From positions 51,708,001-51,772,000 of the forward strand of contig NC_079169.1 of NCBI RefSeq assembly GCF_947568905.1: a stretch of DNA of 64,000 nt, in the 5' to 3' direction. Source of the stretch: Ostrea edulis (taxonomy: Eukaryota). The translations under genes and the position numbers were made by a program. The notes beneath the pieces were generated by a model that had not been told where the DNA came from, made no database searches, and saw only the letters and a list, made by a program, of their open reading frames with translations. Each line of letters begins with the position of its first letter. Within the stretch, counting starts at the first letter, position 1. Of this stretch, positions 1-12,444 are shown in pieces.

Positions 1-1541
1 TAAGGGTTTATGGGGAGCGGAATGAACTGAAAACCCTTGGCTAGCAAAGATGAAATATTTTGTGTACATGTATGACTGTACAATGTATTGAGTTACACAA
101 TATGGAAATTATCCTTTGCATGATATGAATACTTTTTGTTGTGTAGCTGTTCATAGTAGAGAAATCAGTATATTCATATATCTTTGTTCATTACAATCCA
201 TAGACAATTTCTTGTCGGAGCACTGAATACTGTAAATTCAAAGATTTTAATTATTAAATCACTAAAAAGAGACAACACTTCATTATGACATTAGAAAACC
301 TGTAGTTTTCATATATTTTTAGAAATACACATGTATGTAGAAAATAGACGATTTTGTCACTGGATTTTTTTTTAATATCTAATATAATGGTGCCCATGAG
401 TTAATATCACAGTTTTGAAGTATGGACAATTAACACAAGTTAAAATATAAATACATGTAGCAGTGATGATATGTGTATCCATCATTTTTAAAGCAGTTAT
501 ATTGTAATAAGTATTAGCCTATTATATTTATGTTATGATTAAAATATTATGACAGTGACATACTTTGTGATTTTAATTTCATTGTACACCTAAAATTTAA
601 TTCATATCTGAGTTGTTTAAATCTATTAAAATATCTAGGATTTTAAAGAAAAGGTTTTGATAATCATGTACTTCATTCTTTATTGTTCAATCAGAAGAGA
701 GTATTGGTAATGGCTGCTAAATGCTAACACCCCCCCCCCCCCCCCCCCCCCCAACACCCCCCAGCAACAAAAGTTTGATCTATGATTCCATTAAATAAAG
801 TTGCATAAATATTTCCCCTTTGAATCTTCATCTAGAGTGAAAAAGTGGAAAACTAAATTCTACAATCTCAGCATGTCCACCACTACGAAACACAAACATT
901 TGTATATCATTATAGATTGTATCATGCACAATAATTTAAAAGCTTACAGATAAAAATAGTTCCGTAACTTGGAAATTTTGATGTCCAAGGGCCATAACTC
1001 AGCTAAAACTTCTTCATGATATTTGAAAGACCTTGAAAATCTATCCGTAACTTGTCATCAATCTGTAGACACATTGAGAAAAGTACAGACAAATGTTAAT
1101 GGCATAAATTTCCCATGGCTCAAGAAATGTGGATTTGCTGAAAATAAGGAAAAACTCTTTGACATCAATAATGCAGAAGTATGCATTAAAAATCAAGCCT
1201 AGGATCTTTATATATAGGGACAATAAAAAAAGTATGGGGGGAAAATTATGCAGCATCAAATGTTCTGTTATTCATTTTTTTAAATTCCCACGTATAGAAC
1301 ACTCCGCACTCAGAATATAAAACACACACCGTTAAACAGTTTCAAAATTTTTATTACAAAGAAATGCAATGACTTATTGCACAAGATTTCTCAATGGCAG
1401 ATTAAACATTGTAACATTTGTTTTCATGATGAGGCATCACATATAATGTAACGTTGAGTGTCTGTCACATGTTGTAGTCTGTTACAAAGCTGGTTGGTCA
1501 ACAAAAACAATGAAATTCCCGGCACACAGTTCTCAACTTTT

Positions 1542-1564
1542 TCACCTGGCATCAAAAACAATCA
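1542..1564 (-). CDS. POLR2K: RNA polymerase I/II/III subunit RPABC4 (RPB12), coding exon 3/3
   Basis: Acceptor ttatcag|TGATTGTTTTTGATGCCAGGTGA gives (M)IVFDAR*, the conserved RPB12 C-terminus; phase 1 matches the previous exon. Confidence 0.93.
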
Positions 1565-2625
1565 CTGATAATTGATAAGGAAAACATTACATTCCATGGT
1601 CATCTTCTGCAGTATTAGAAAAAAAGTCAATGAGAGGCCTATGGGTTCTTGTCTCACCTGATTGACTGCATTTTCCAACATAACGCATTAAATCTCTGGG
1701 GTTATGGTTTAAGTGGACCTTAATCTACTGACAAATAGTACCCTTGTGGTTCTTTAAAGAAAGATTATTAAAAAGTTATTATGAAAATTGACACCCCTAG
1801 TATGGTGATGGTTTGGGCAAACTTGTGGATTGTACCCAGTTCTTGTGAAAATGCTATATATTTGTATGTAAAAATATTTCTCCCTTTCGTGGCCCCATGC
1901 AGTGTTTACAGTTTGTTTATAACTCGCTTGTCCACAGGACAGTATGTTTTAAATTCATCAATTCTCCCGATATTTTGTCGGTCTCGGACTGATGGACAGG
2001 CATCACGGTTTAATTCGGGTGACCCTGGCTACAAGGTTGTTAAATTCCCTTTAATATAGATTTTTATGCAACTAAAATTGGAGGCTTCAGGGAGCATGTT
2101 GTTCTACCCTTCTCAGGCTGTCCTAAATAGGATACACAGTTTGTCTAACTAACTCCCAACTATAGTTTTCATGATATTAAAAAAGTTTTTAAGCAGAATG
2201 TTGGCATATATACATGTACTAAGGTTGTAGAATTTTGATTTTCTTTAAATTCTTAAAAATTTACAAGCTGTTGAACATTGTCTTTTCTAATTATTTCATT
2301 TTTTGATAAAAATATATGCTGCTTTATCTTTTATTCAGTATGTGTATCTTCCTGTCTGTTGCAAAAGTTAATATGATAACCATTATACTGTGGGCACTCC
2401 AAAAAATATGACCAAAATATAAAAACTTGCAGAGTTTTTAGTAGGAACAGATGATGTTTTTCACCTGTTCCATTCTCAGAAATCAATACTTCAGATTTGA
2501 CTTCTCCCTCCCCTCGGAACTTCAACTCTGACTTCTTTTTTAAGACATTGGTAAAAATAGGTAAGGCAACATCTGTAATCACCCTAGTTTACTTGTCAAT
2601 GAGCAAGATTCATGTAAAAGGATAC

Positions 2626-2718
2626 TTCTTTTCGTTCTCTTTTTGTACATGATTCTGTAGCCACACTCCCTGCATCGGATCGGATCTCTAGCCTTGATCT
2701 CATTTTCTTGGTGGCATT
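2626..2718 (-). CDS. POLR2K: RPB12 coding exon 2/3 (zinc ribbon)
   Basis: 93-nt exon, ttttaag|...|gtatcc, encodes [31 protein letters not shown], near-identical to the RPB12 family; missed by the ORF track. Confidence 0.96.
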
Positions 2719-3031
2719 CTTAAAAAAATTAATTCAAATAAATCTTGAGAAAACAAAAGATGATTTACATTCTATTACCGTTTGTGTATCGACAATGCCT
2801 CAGTCACATGATCTAGGAAAAGGTCTGCCGACACTCACAAGATAGCTTACAGTAAAACACGCTTATAGTTAACATGCTTATAACAAATTCATTATTGCGA
2901 AGTTTATCCCCTATGAGAGGAAAATAACATAAATTTTATTGGATATAACAAAATTTGGTTACAATGAACTGGAAGTTTGCTATAACCATGTTTTACTGTA
3001 TAATGAAGTTTGGTTATAATGCACTGTTCTT

Positions 3032-3230
3032 CACCGGGGGTTCTCTATAACGGTGTCTTATTGTACAAGTAGTAGAACACTGATATTATAACAGTACACC
3101 GGGGGTTCTCTATAACAGTGTCTTATTGTACAAGTAGTAGAACATTGATATTATAACATTACACACCGGGGGTTCTCTATAACAGTGCCTTATTGTACAA
3201 GTAGTAGAACACTGATATTATAACAGTATA
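3032..3230. repeat. Tandem repeat, ~65-bp unit x3 (POLR2K intron)
   Basis: caccgggggttctctataacagtgtcttattgtacaagtagtagaacactgatattataacagta repeated three times. Confidence 0.9.
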
Positions 3231-3462
3231 CCCTCGCTCGCAGTTACATCAATGACTCATCATGATAATCACGAAATGTGATTAATTAATATACAGCAAC
3301 AACTGGTCGAATGTATAAGAAAGTATGGACACGTGAGATTTATATTATATACAGAAAGGACCTCATCAGACTAAATGGATATTGTTAGTCAGCCTCAGGT
3401 CAGGTGGTCCGATACGTTTGGTATCAATTAAAGGTAGTCCATGCTGTAATTTAAGGTGTTAC

Positions 3463-3532
3463 CTCCACAGATGTAAATCATGGTCTGTTGTTTTCTAGGA
3501 TCTGCATTGCTGGGTTCCTTTGTCTGTTCCAT
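3463..3532 (-). CDS. POLR2K: RPB12 coding exon 1/3
   Basis: ATG...MEQTKEPSNADPRKQQTMIYICG|gtaaca; acceptor tctgtag ahead of a 10-nt UTR stub (exon starts 3542). Joined CDS is 186 nt = 61 aa. Confidence 0.93.
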
Positions 3533-3700
3533 GACTCAGTCTCTACAGATTGAAGTAAAATCAATTATCTTCATACATACACTGATCAAAAGTGTACTCT
3601 CAACTATTAGCTAAAGTCAATGAACTTACAGTAACATTCATTTCAACTTATGTGTTCTCCATCATAAATATAAAGAATATAAATCCTCTATACTATTTAC

Positions 3701-4207
3701 CAATACGCCGGTTTCGAGATACACCCGAGTTATTTCCCTTTGGAGAACTCTCGTGTATAGTGAGGCGCGAAACAATTTGTTTACACGCGGGAGTGGGACT
3801 AATAAATATTCATCACTGCGTAAGTGAATGTACTCAGTAAGTTTCTCATACACTGCTAGATCACCCGAATTCGACTGATACACAAACTAAGTAAGGTATA
3901 AGTATTTAGGGAGTAATTAAATACATAGAATTCTTATCATATCACGTTATTTCGTTGGTCATAAGTACCATATCAAAGACATTACTTGCAAATATGACAT
4001 TGTTTTTATGTTTCCACTTTAGTAAAACATTTCTTTCGATAGTATTTTGTATTTCCCACATTTACATATTAAAAGAGAAGCCGTTTTTAATACATTTCAT
4101 CGTCTTTCTCGCTGACTGTAGGTCCACTCTGTCCCACTTTGTCATTCAAAGTTCCACTAAATGCACCTCCTACACAGAAGAGTTCATATCTCGAAACTGG
4201 CGTATTG
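3701..4207. mobile_element. MITE-like element with 21-bp TIR
   Basis: caatacgccggtttcgagata ... tatctcgaaactggcgtattg (1 mismatch); no clear TSD. Confidence 0.55.
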
Positions 4208-4347
4208 ATTGTTTCCTACCTCTCATCTAGGAATTCTGTATAAATTCCAACACATACATTTTCAGGACTTTTCTAGTGGTTATATGACAAGCACTTTTTA
4301 TTATCTGATATACATTCCTCTTTATACATTGTAGAGCATTTAAGTTT

Positions 4348-4510
4348 CCCATGGGGATCCGGGTTAGAATAGGTCCTCAGTACCCCTTGTTTGTCATAAG
4401 AGGTGACTAAATGGGGTGGTCCTTCAGATGAGACCGCAAAAACCAAGGGCCTGTGTCACAGCAGGTGTGGCATGATAAAGAACCCTCCTTGCTCAAAGGC
4501 CATAAGCACT
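4348..4510 (+). mobile_element. SINE-like retroposon family A, 3'-truncated copy
   Basis: ggatccgggttagaataggtcctcagtacccc...; same family as 4855-5133, 25464-25727, 52840-53092, 58856-58900. Confidence 0.8.
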
Positions 4511-4854
4511 CACACTAACGAATCAATAACTGTTACACTTGTGAAGATGACAGATACCACAGGAAATAGAACTCATATTTTTAAAAGTTTGATGGAGAAA
4601 ATAAACTTCTCTAGAATTAAATTACACCTTCAAATTTTCATGGTGGTCTTACATAATTATTGTTGTTTTCAACCCTAGATAAGAATTGTTTTGTTACATG
4701 ATTTATCAGCTGAGAAAAAGATGAGCATTACCCGTTCTGCTTCTGTAAAAATGTCATCGTCACTGCAGTATATTTCATTAACAACCCGTAATTAAAATAA
4801 TTTGATTGTTTAAAATGTACCATAAACGTTTTTAAATTACATTTTGTTTTTGCT

Positions 4855-5133
4855 TGCTTGATTGATTGTATATTGTTTAACGTCCCTCTCGAGAATCTTT
4901 CACTCATATGGAGACATCATCATTGCAGTGAAGGGCTGCAAAATTTAGGCCTATGCTCGGCGCTTACAGCCTTTGAGCAGGGAGGGATCTTTATCTTACC
5001 ACACCTGCTGTGACATGGGACCTCGGTTTTTGCGATCTCATCTGAAGGACCGCCCCATTTAGTCGCCTCTTACGACAAGCAAGGGGTATATATACCTACC
5101 GAGGACCTATTCTAACCCGGATCCCCTAGGGAT
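4855..5133 (-). mobile_element. SINE-like retroposon family A, full copy
   Basis: (CAAT)n-like tail and 10-bp TSD tgtttttgct at 4845-4854 and 5134-5143. Confidence 0.85.
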
Positions 5134-5371
5134 TGTTTTTGCTCGATTTGAAAGAGAAAAAAAACATTGCAGCTAATATGACATCACAATGCAACTGTTT
5201 ACACCCACCACATTATATTTCCTGTTAAATGAAGAGGCGGATAAAATGTCTTAAGTCGTGCTGCAAGATGTTAATGGGCTTTGCACGTCTCAATGGTCAC
5301 TTATGTATTGGGTGATATCCACTGGATAATGGAGTAAACAGGTGATAAATAATTCAACGCAACCAGTGGGT

Positions 5372-5640
5372 TTAGCTTAGTGGTAGATCGTAGAGCATTC
5401 ACTTTGTAACAGGGAGGTCATGAGTTTGAGTCCCACTTGTGTCATGGCCGTATCAAACCCAAGACGTTAAATTATAATTATGTAGTGATAGCTCTTTCGC
5501 CAAACACTTCCCATTTAGAAGTGATAATCATGGGTCTTTCAGATATGTCAGACAACAGAGGTCCCATGTCATGTCATGCGTCGCGTTGGGACATTAAAAA
5601 AACTCTCACTGTTACGACCCTGAACACTTATAAGCTGTAA
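5372..5640 (+). mobile_element. Degenerate tRNA-headed SINE
   Basis: A-box-like TAGCTTAGTGG, B-box-like GTTTGAGTCC, then a non-tRNA body (ggccgtatcaaacccaagacgttaaa...). Confidence 0.65.
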
Positions 5641-7058
5641 AGCACAGTGTTCAAAATTAACCATAGACCGAGTCTGTGCCAATTGTAATTGAGATAGACC
5701 AAATTGTCTATGCCAATTTTCTAGGTTTAAAGCAATACAAGCTGTAACTGACGGTATTTTTTCAACTATCCAATTATTCACCAAATAACACCTACTGGTT
5801 TAACTAATATAATCCCCAAGATCTAAAGAAAAATTCTGCAAAATAAACATGGGAATATTGTTTGAGAGCACACGTACAATGAGCGTTTCGAATAAACCGC
5901 CATTGTGTCGTATACACAGACATGGGAACGATGATTGCCGAACATAATCGGGTTGCTGAGACCGAGGCCATATACAAAGACGGAAACTGAAGCGAGTAAC
6001 GACACGTGTCGTTTGATTTAAAATATTACGTTGTTTCATGAATGATTAGAAATACTATGCAAGTGTAAAAAGGTAATAATTACACAAATGTACCACTCAA
6101 ATGAAATTTTGATTGTGAATTTTCTATAAAATTGGCATGTTAAACTGTTTACAAATCTAACACATGCTCAGTGCCTCTCTTTCACTTTTTCTGAACTGGT
6201 GACCTCCAAGGTCAATGCACATCGGAGGTTACGAGCAGGAATTACTGACAGGATGACAATGATTCATGAATCTATATTTTCTGCTGATTTGACAGGTTTA
6301 TTGCTCCAGATTCACTTTGATTCTATTAAGTTATATATATTCAATCACATATATGTTGACTATTTGTTCTTTTTTAAAATTCATTTTCCGTCAGTTACAG
6401 CTTGTATTGCTTTAAAGTTATCCCAAAAGTCGACATCTGATCAACGTTCTGAGGAGAGGAGGAAATTGTTATGGAAATGGGAAGCAAATATGTTTTTTAA
6501 GTACATTAGAATTAAATAACGATGCTTTAAATTTGCGTTATTTTTTTTTCAATGCTGCTGTTTATGCCAATTCAATGAGGTCTATGTCATCTTGTTTTGA
6601 CATAAACCAAGTTTTAAACCAATTTCGAACACTGAAATCATAGGTCAGGATTTGTAGTACGTCATCTACAGCTGGTGATGTCTCAATATGAGTGAAAAAT
6701 TCTCGATGGGACGCAAAACAATCAAACAATTCTCATTACTGTACTAGTTAATATCAAATTTAAAAAATATTAAAATATGTGAAGACGTTTGTTTTGTCAC
6801 TAGATCTAGATTCCATTATAATGCTTAGTAAATTGTTTCAAAATTTGTCTGAAAAGACAGAGATTGTAACATTTCCTCTAGAGGAAGTTCCGTCTTGAAA
6901 TAGTAAATCGAAGGAATAGGCCATGGGATGAAGGCATGATGATGAACTAGATGCATGATGATCATGAAGAACTTGACAATGCTTGCTCTAAGCAATACAC
7001 CTGCGATACAACATGTTAATTTTTCACAATATACAGAGATACAAGTTGACATATTTAC

Positions 7059-7160
7059 CCTTTCTTAAATAGATATCTTGTTAGGAGATTTTGGGTATTA
7101 AAGTTTTAAGGCTGAGTAATCTCCTCGCTAGTTTCGACTTGAAAACGCCATGTGAATTTG
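7059..7160 (-). other. POLR2K: Putative non-coding first exon of POLR2K
   Basis: Donor aagg|gtaaat at 7059/7058 next to a motif-rich promoter; YY1-like ACATGGCG on the minus strand near 7145-7152. TSS not determined. Confidence 0.45.
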
Positions 7161-7162
7161 TA

Positions 7163-7302
7163 CAGGAAGTGACGTTTATGTGCGTTGTAAACATTCCCGC
7201 AAGATTTGACGTTCTGCTTTTTTTATCAGTCTTCAATGACAAGTCAAGAGGAGTTCCGTCAATGTTTTGATTGGTCAATGAGAATTTGGCGAATCATTTG
7301 AA
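7163..7302. promoter_or_regulatory. Candidate bidirectional promoter POLR2K/FBXO43
   Basis: ETS-CRE-like CAGGAAGTGACGT 7163-7175; E2F-like TTCCCGC 7194-7200; inverted CCAAT (GATTGG) 7269-7274; CDE-like TGGCGA 7287-7292, 4-nt spacer, CHR TTTGAA 7297-7302. Confidence 0.65.
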
Positions 7303-7309
7303 AGATTGC

Positions 7310-7453
7310 AAAAGAAGTAACTGTACACAACCAGCTGGTAAAGGATTTTTTCTCATCGGATAAAGTGTGGAATATAGGCCTTATCAGGAACTTGAAAAAA
7401 CACATACCACAAAAGTTACAGGAGTTGAAATGAGCAGCTGATGAAAGAAATTG
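7310..7453 (+). other. FBXO43: Putative first (5'UTR) exon of the FBXO43-like gene
   Basis: Strong donor ATTG|gtaaga at 7453/7454 downstream of the CHR; contains upstream ATGs at 7430 and 7441. Start approximate. Confidence 0.5.
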
Positions 7454-10400
7454 GTAAGATTAGTTTGCCATTCATCTGTTCATTTTAGAAGGGTTCCCGC
7501 CTGCCAAAAACCGGATGGTTACTATCATTATAATTACATAGGCCCCTAATCCACAATTTATGATATATTTTCCAAAATTTACATTTTCATTTGCTTAATT
7601 GATCACTAAGATAGTGATTTTGTTCTTTCTTAACTGAATATTGAGAGAAACAATATTTTTTATAATGATTTCAAATGTACATAAGATGCGCGCCTTTCTT
7701 CATTTATGACTGTTACTGTCAGTACATTATGTCATCCTCTCACAATGTGGTCTATAATTAATCGTTTACCTGGAGTATTTCTGCCCAATTTACAGAGTAT
7801 ATGGCCATAAGTGAGTCTTAATTTTTTACTAATATTTCATTAGGAAAAAAACCCCAATTTTTATGAAAACTTGTGGGGTAGTCAATTTATGTCTTTAGTC
7901 CAATCCCCCCCCCCCCCCCCCCCCCCCCACTTAATTATGCTAAATTGTTAAAAGTTTTCCTTTCCCAAGTTTCTTAAAGCAAAATGTGTTAACTACTTTG
8001 TCATTGATCATAATCATGATATTAATGAGAATAATCTATGAAATCGTCAACATGATCAAGACGAAATTTCTAGCCTCAAAATGCAATATTTTTAGACCAA
8101 CAATTTTGTGGCGTGAAATTTCAATTTTGCATTTTGATGTCTGTTACCACTGCAACAACAACAGATAAAATTATATTCAGAATTATGGGAAGCAACTACT
8201 GAACTGGCTGCATTTTATAAGCTTATAATATATATATCCATAAAAATAAAAATGTTGCAATAGGATTTGTCAATCAAATTTAATTTGATTTTGCAATTTA
8301 TACTTTATCTATCATGTCTTTAGTGCGAAAATGAAAAGATGACCAGGTACATATATCACAAATGTTGGGTTTCATATACTTGTGAACAGTGTGTGCAATG
8401 TACTGCAGTAATTCTTTCTTTTTTCCCCCCAAGTAAATTAATGAACACTTGACAAGTATTTGAATTACGCACACCCTAGTAATTGACAACAGCCTTACCT
8501 GCTTTCCATTTTCAATTTTGGATTCAGAGGGAGGAGGGGATGCTCTACTGCTAAAAGACTAGAATTCTACTAATGTGTTTGTTGACCTTTTTTTTTTTTT
8601 TTTAGAACTCTGTAATATTAAGTAATTAATTGTAGTTTGATTAATTATGAATAGATTTTCCCATTTAGTTAATAAAACTACATTCCGAGGTACAACAGTA
8701 GGTAAACATTAAATAAGTGGTGTATAGGAATGGATGATCATGCAATGTTTCAGAAATCTCTGAAATCTTCAGGTATACCGTTTCGGGAGGGGACGCTTCA
8801 ATGAGGGATCTGCTCTGGATCAATTCAGAAGACTATCCATAATCCCTCTGTGTAATAAATGTGTCCCATCTGACTTGACTGCTTTTGATTGGATGCTTTT
8901 GTACAATCAGCAATTTCTGAGTGATGAAATTATTCTTTGTTCAATTCTAATTTAATGAAAAACTTTTCTTAGATTTAAAAATTATTTAGTGTTATTAATT
9001 CACCAATCTTGCTATTAAAGAAAATGAATATCAATAGTTTTGATCTTACTAAATTAATTAATTAAAGAGGTTGTAAAATGGTTTGTAAAATCATGAGCTT
9101 TAAATGTGTTAAACTATTGTGGTTATTTCCTGCTGATAAGAAATGTGTCAGGGTGACTCTTTGATCTTAAGGAAAAAAATACTTCATTAGAAGTCCATTT
9201 AATTCCTTGGGTAATACAGTAATTCTTGTGTTTCTAGCCCAAGGTAATAAAATTTGTTATAGTGTAATAATTTGAACAATTAACTCCTTTCAAAAATTTT
9301 ATCAACAAACAATCCTGAAAAATGACCTGCAGTCATATAAAAGATGGTTTTAGAAAACACAAAATATATTGCTACTAGTAGTAGTGGTATTAAAATTTAT
9401 GTCATCTAACCTTTTGTTGTACTGTTTCTTTTGTTTATGTAACATATAATACAGAAACAATGGCTGTTCAAAACATGCACAAAATGAAGTTTTGCATTGC
9501 AAAGAATTTTCTTAAACTCCTTGGAGGTTTACTTATTTCCATTTGAATTAAACAGAATTCTGCTGTTAAATAAACAGTTTTGACTCCCTAGTTGACAGCT
9601 TTGAAATCAGAGGCAGTAATTATATTCTGATCAACATCCATCTCATGATGTCTTGGCAGGTCAGCTACAACTGTGCAACATCTGTACTAATTAAGTACTA
9701 GTAATACTGTTCTACCAATATTAGTGAATCCTCTACACAGCACTGCTTTTAGTTTGAGTTCTATCTTCTTTTAAAATCAACCCTTCATTATACCAGATAC
9801 AGAGAGATGGAGGGGTGCTCCCTCCTCTCCTAATAGACTTAAGAGAGTACAATTTCTAGAATTTTATCACTGTTTGATTAAGAGTATTTTGTTAACTCTT
9901 TGCAATCTTTGGCCATTAATTGTATTATCAATCTCCTAGAGAGTATTTGGGAAGATGTGGTATTAAGAATGGATGATTTTACAATGCTTCTAGAGGTCTG
10001 TGAAATCTTCAGATTCCCAATGAGGGAGACCTACCCTGGATTTGCTGGAGACTTTAATATAATTCTCATGCATTTTTACTAGAATGTTGACCACTAATAC
10101 TATTGGATGCTGCTGTTTTCCAATCAGCAAATTCTAATTTATGTAAATCTGTTCATGATTTCAAATATTTGTGTTAATTCACTAATTTAAAAGTTTTATG
10201 CTGAGAAATTAGATTTTGATGGTTAAATCTTATACTATAAATAAAAATATATTCTGGCACATTTAATATGTAAATGTTTAAAGATTGATCATGGAACTTC
10301 AAAGCTAATAAAAAGAAGGAAATTTTATAAAAGTATTTTAGTTAAAATTAAGAAGCTGAAAACACGGTTTGTAAAGCCCTCAGTTCTAGTCTCTCTGTAA

Positions 10401-10887
10401 AACCAGTGTGGTCAGTAACAGCTGATAAGAAAGTGGCAGGAGGGTTGACAGATTTAACTCCTAGCTAATCCCTTTGATCTTAAGAAAACACTTCATTAGA
10501 AGTCCATTTCCATCCCCTGGGATTGCAGTAATTATTGTTTCTTACTATCAGATCCTGGCCCAAGGTAATACATATTTTATAGATAGTGTAATAATTTTAA
10601 ACAATTATCTCCTTTAAAATTATTAATAAATGGTCCAGAAAATAAGCCCTGAAGTCATTTAAAAGATTTTGTTTATAGAAAATACAAAACATTATTACCA
10701 TGACATCAGATACTGTAACAAGTTTATTTTTAATATTTGAAATGTCTTATAGATAGATATTGACAAAAATTACTTCTTTCTTCTTTTTTTTGTATGGTCT
10801 AGAGAATGTTTTATGCAAATTCACTGATTTACTAACTTTTATCTTTGTTCACATTACTTAGCTTCTGATGTAAATTTTAACATTTTA

Positions 10888-11335
10888 GGCCAATTCAACT
10901 TAATTAGTAGATTATCATCCAGGGTCAGCAAAAAGTATTGGGTGGGTGGGAGGATTTTATTTAATTTATTTTTCTCTCAGAAAAATATTAAAGACAAATG
11001 ATTTTTTTTTTCAACAAATGCGCATCATTTAATACCAGGTGGATATCAATCTATGCTATTTTTACAGACGAATTCCAGGTTAAGCTTTAATTTCAAACAG
11101 AAATAAACCTAACTTCTTCAAGATTTACGCCTGTAAGAACGCGAGAATTTAAGAAAACCATATAGATTTTCTTGACGTTGCTATACCGGAAATGTAAACA
11201 AGACGTGTAAATACCGGAGTCGGACTTGAAAATATTCCGGAAATCGCAAGTTTCGCAAAATAAAAAAAAATCGGGACGGGCCAATTTTTGAGGGGTGGAC
11301 GGGGATGATAATCTATCAATTAAGTTGAATTGGCC
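10888..11335. mobile_element. PIF/Harbinger (Tourist-like) MITE, copy A
   Basis: ~33-bp imperfect TIR GGCCAATTCAACTTAATT...; TTA on both sides. Confidence 0.85.
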
Positions 11336-12022
11336 TTAGAATATGTTCACCTATTGTGGACAGGTGGAGATATGTGATAATTTGACAAACTTTACATTAA
11401 AAGAGTTAATTTCATAACATTAACTTGAGTCTTTAACTTTCTGAAATAGTTTGATTTTTAAAATTATGACAGCTGCTGCTGATGGTGTTAATTTCAGGGT
11501 CTAAAATAAAACATTTGGAATTCACAATCTGCGAAGATTCAGAACTGTAGGTGCATGGTACCGTATGGTCAGCTTCCACCACACTTTCATAAAACCATGG
11601 CATTTAACATCATCTAATGTCAGTACAGAGATTTCTGCTTTATGATACTGTCACTGCAAATACTATATATATAAGATATGTAGGAAAGTAATTCAAACAA
11701 AATTTGCAAGGTAACTAACCCTACAGTCCGTAAAATGTTGCCTATCCATAGAATTATCTCACAAGTATCATCATTATTCTCCCTTTATTGATGACATCAA
11801 TAGAGCCACTCAATGGGAAATTATTCTAAACAGTAATATAATTTGAATTGTTAGATCTATCAGAATGGTTAAGTGTGTGGCCTACATCCCTTAGAAATCA
11901 GAAGGCTGTTTTGATGTATTTAGGGATCAAATGATTGTTGCAAGGGGGGGGGGGTGTCAAAATTCAAGTGGTTTGGTGAAGGGGTCAAAACTCCCATAAA
12001 TTTCCTTCGTTGTCCAACATTA

Positions 12023-12444
12023 GGCCAATTCAACTTAATTAGTAGATCATCATCCAGGATCACCAAAAAGTGGGGGCAATGGGAGGATTCTGAGAAAAAT
12101 ATTAATGACAAATGAGTTTTTGTCAACAGAAGTGCTTCATTTAAATGCCAGATGGATATCAATCTATGCTTATTTCACAGACGAATTCCAGGTTAAGCTT
12201 AATTTCAAACACAGAAAGATACCAAACTTCTTCAAGATTTATGCCCATAAGAACGCAAGAAACCATATTCTTCATGTGACTTTTCACGTTGCTATACCGG
12301 AAATGTAAACAAGAAGTGTTAATACCGGAGTCGAACATGAAAATTTTCCGGAAATCGCAAGTTTTGCAAAATAATAAATTCGGGATGGACCGATTTTTTA
12401 GGGGCGGGCAGGGATGATAATCTATCAATTTAGTTGAATTGGCC
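12023..12444. mobile_element. PIF/Harbinger MITE, copy B
   Basis: Same TIRs and body as copy A; TTA on both sides. Confidence 0.85.

Noticed and set aside
5372-5450. tRNA gene
   Set aside because: Degenerate cloverleaf with an insertion, followed by a SINE-type body.
7081-7278. 65-aa ORF with a PLDLS (CtBP-binding) motif
   Set aside because: Overlaps the promoter motifs, starts at a non-ATG codon, no splice partner; probably chance.
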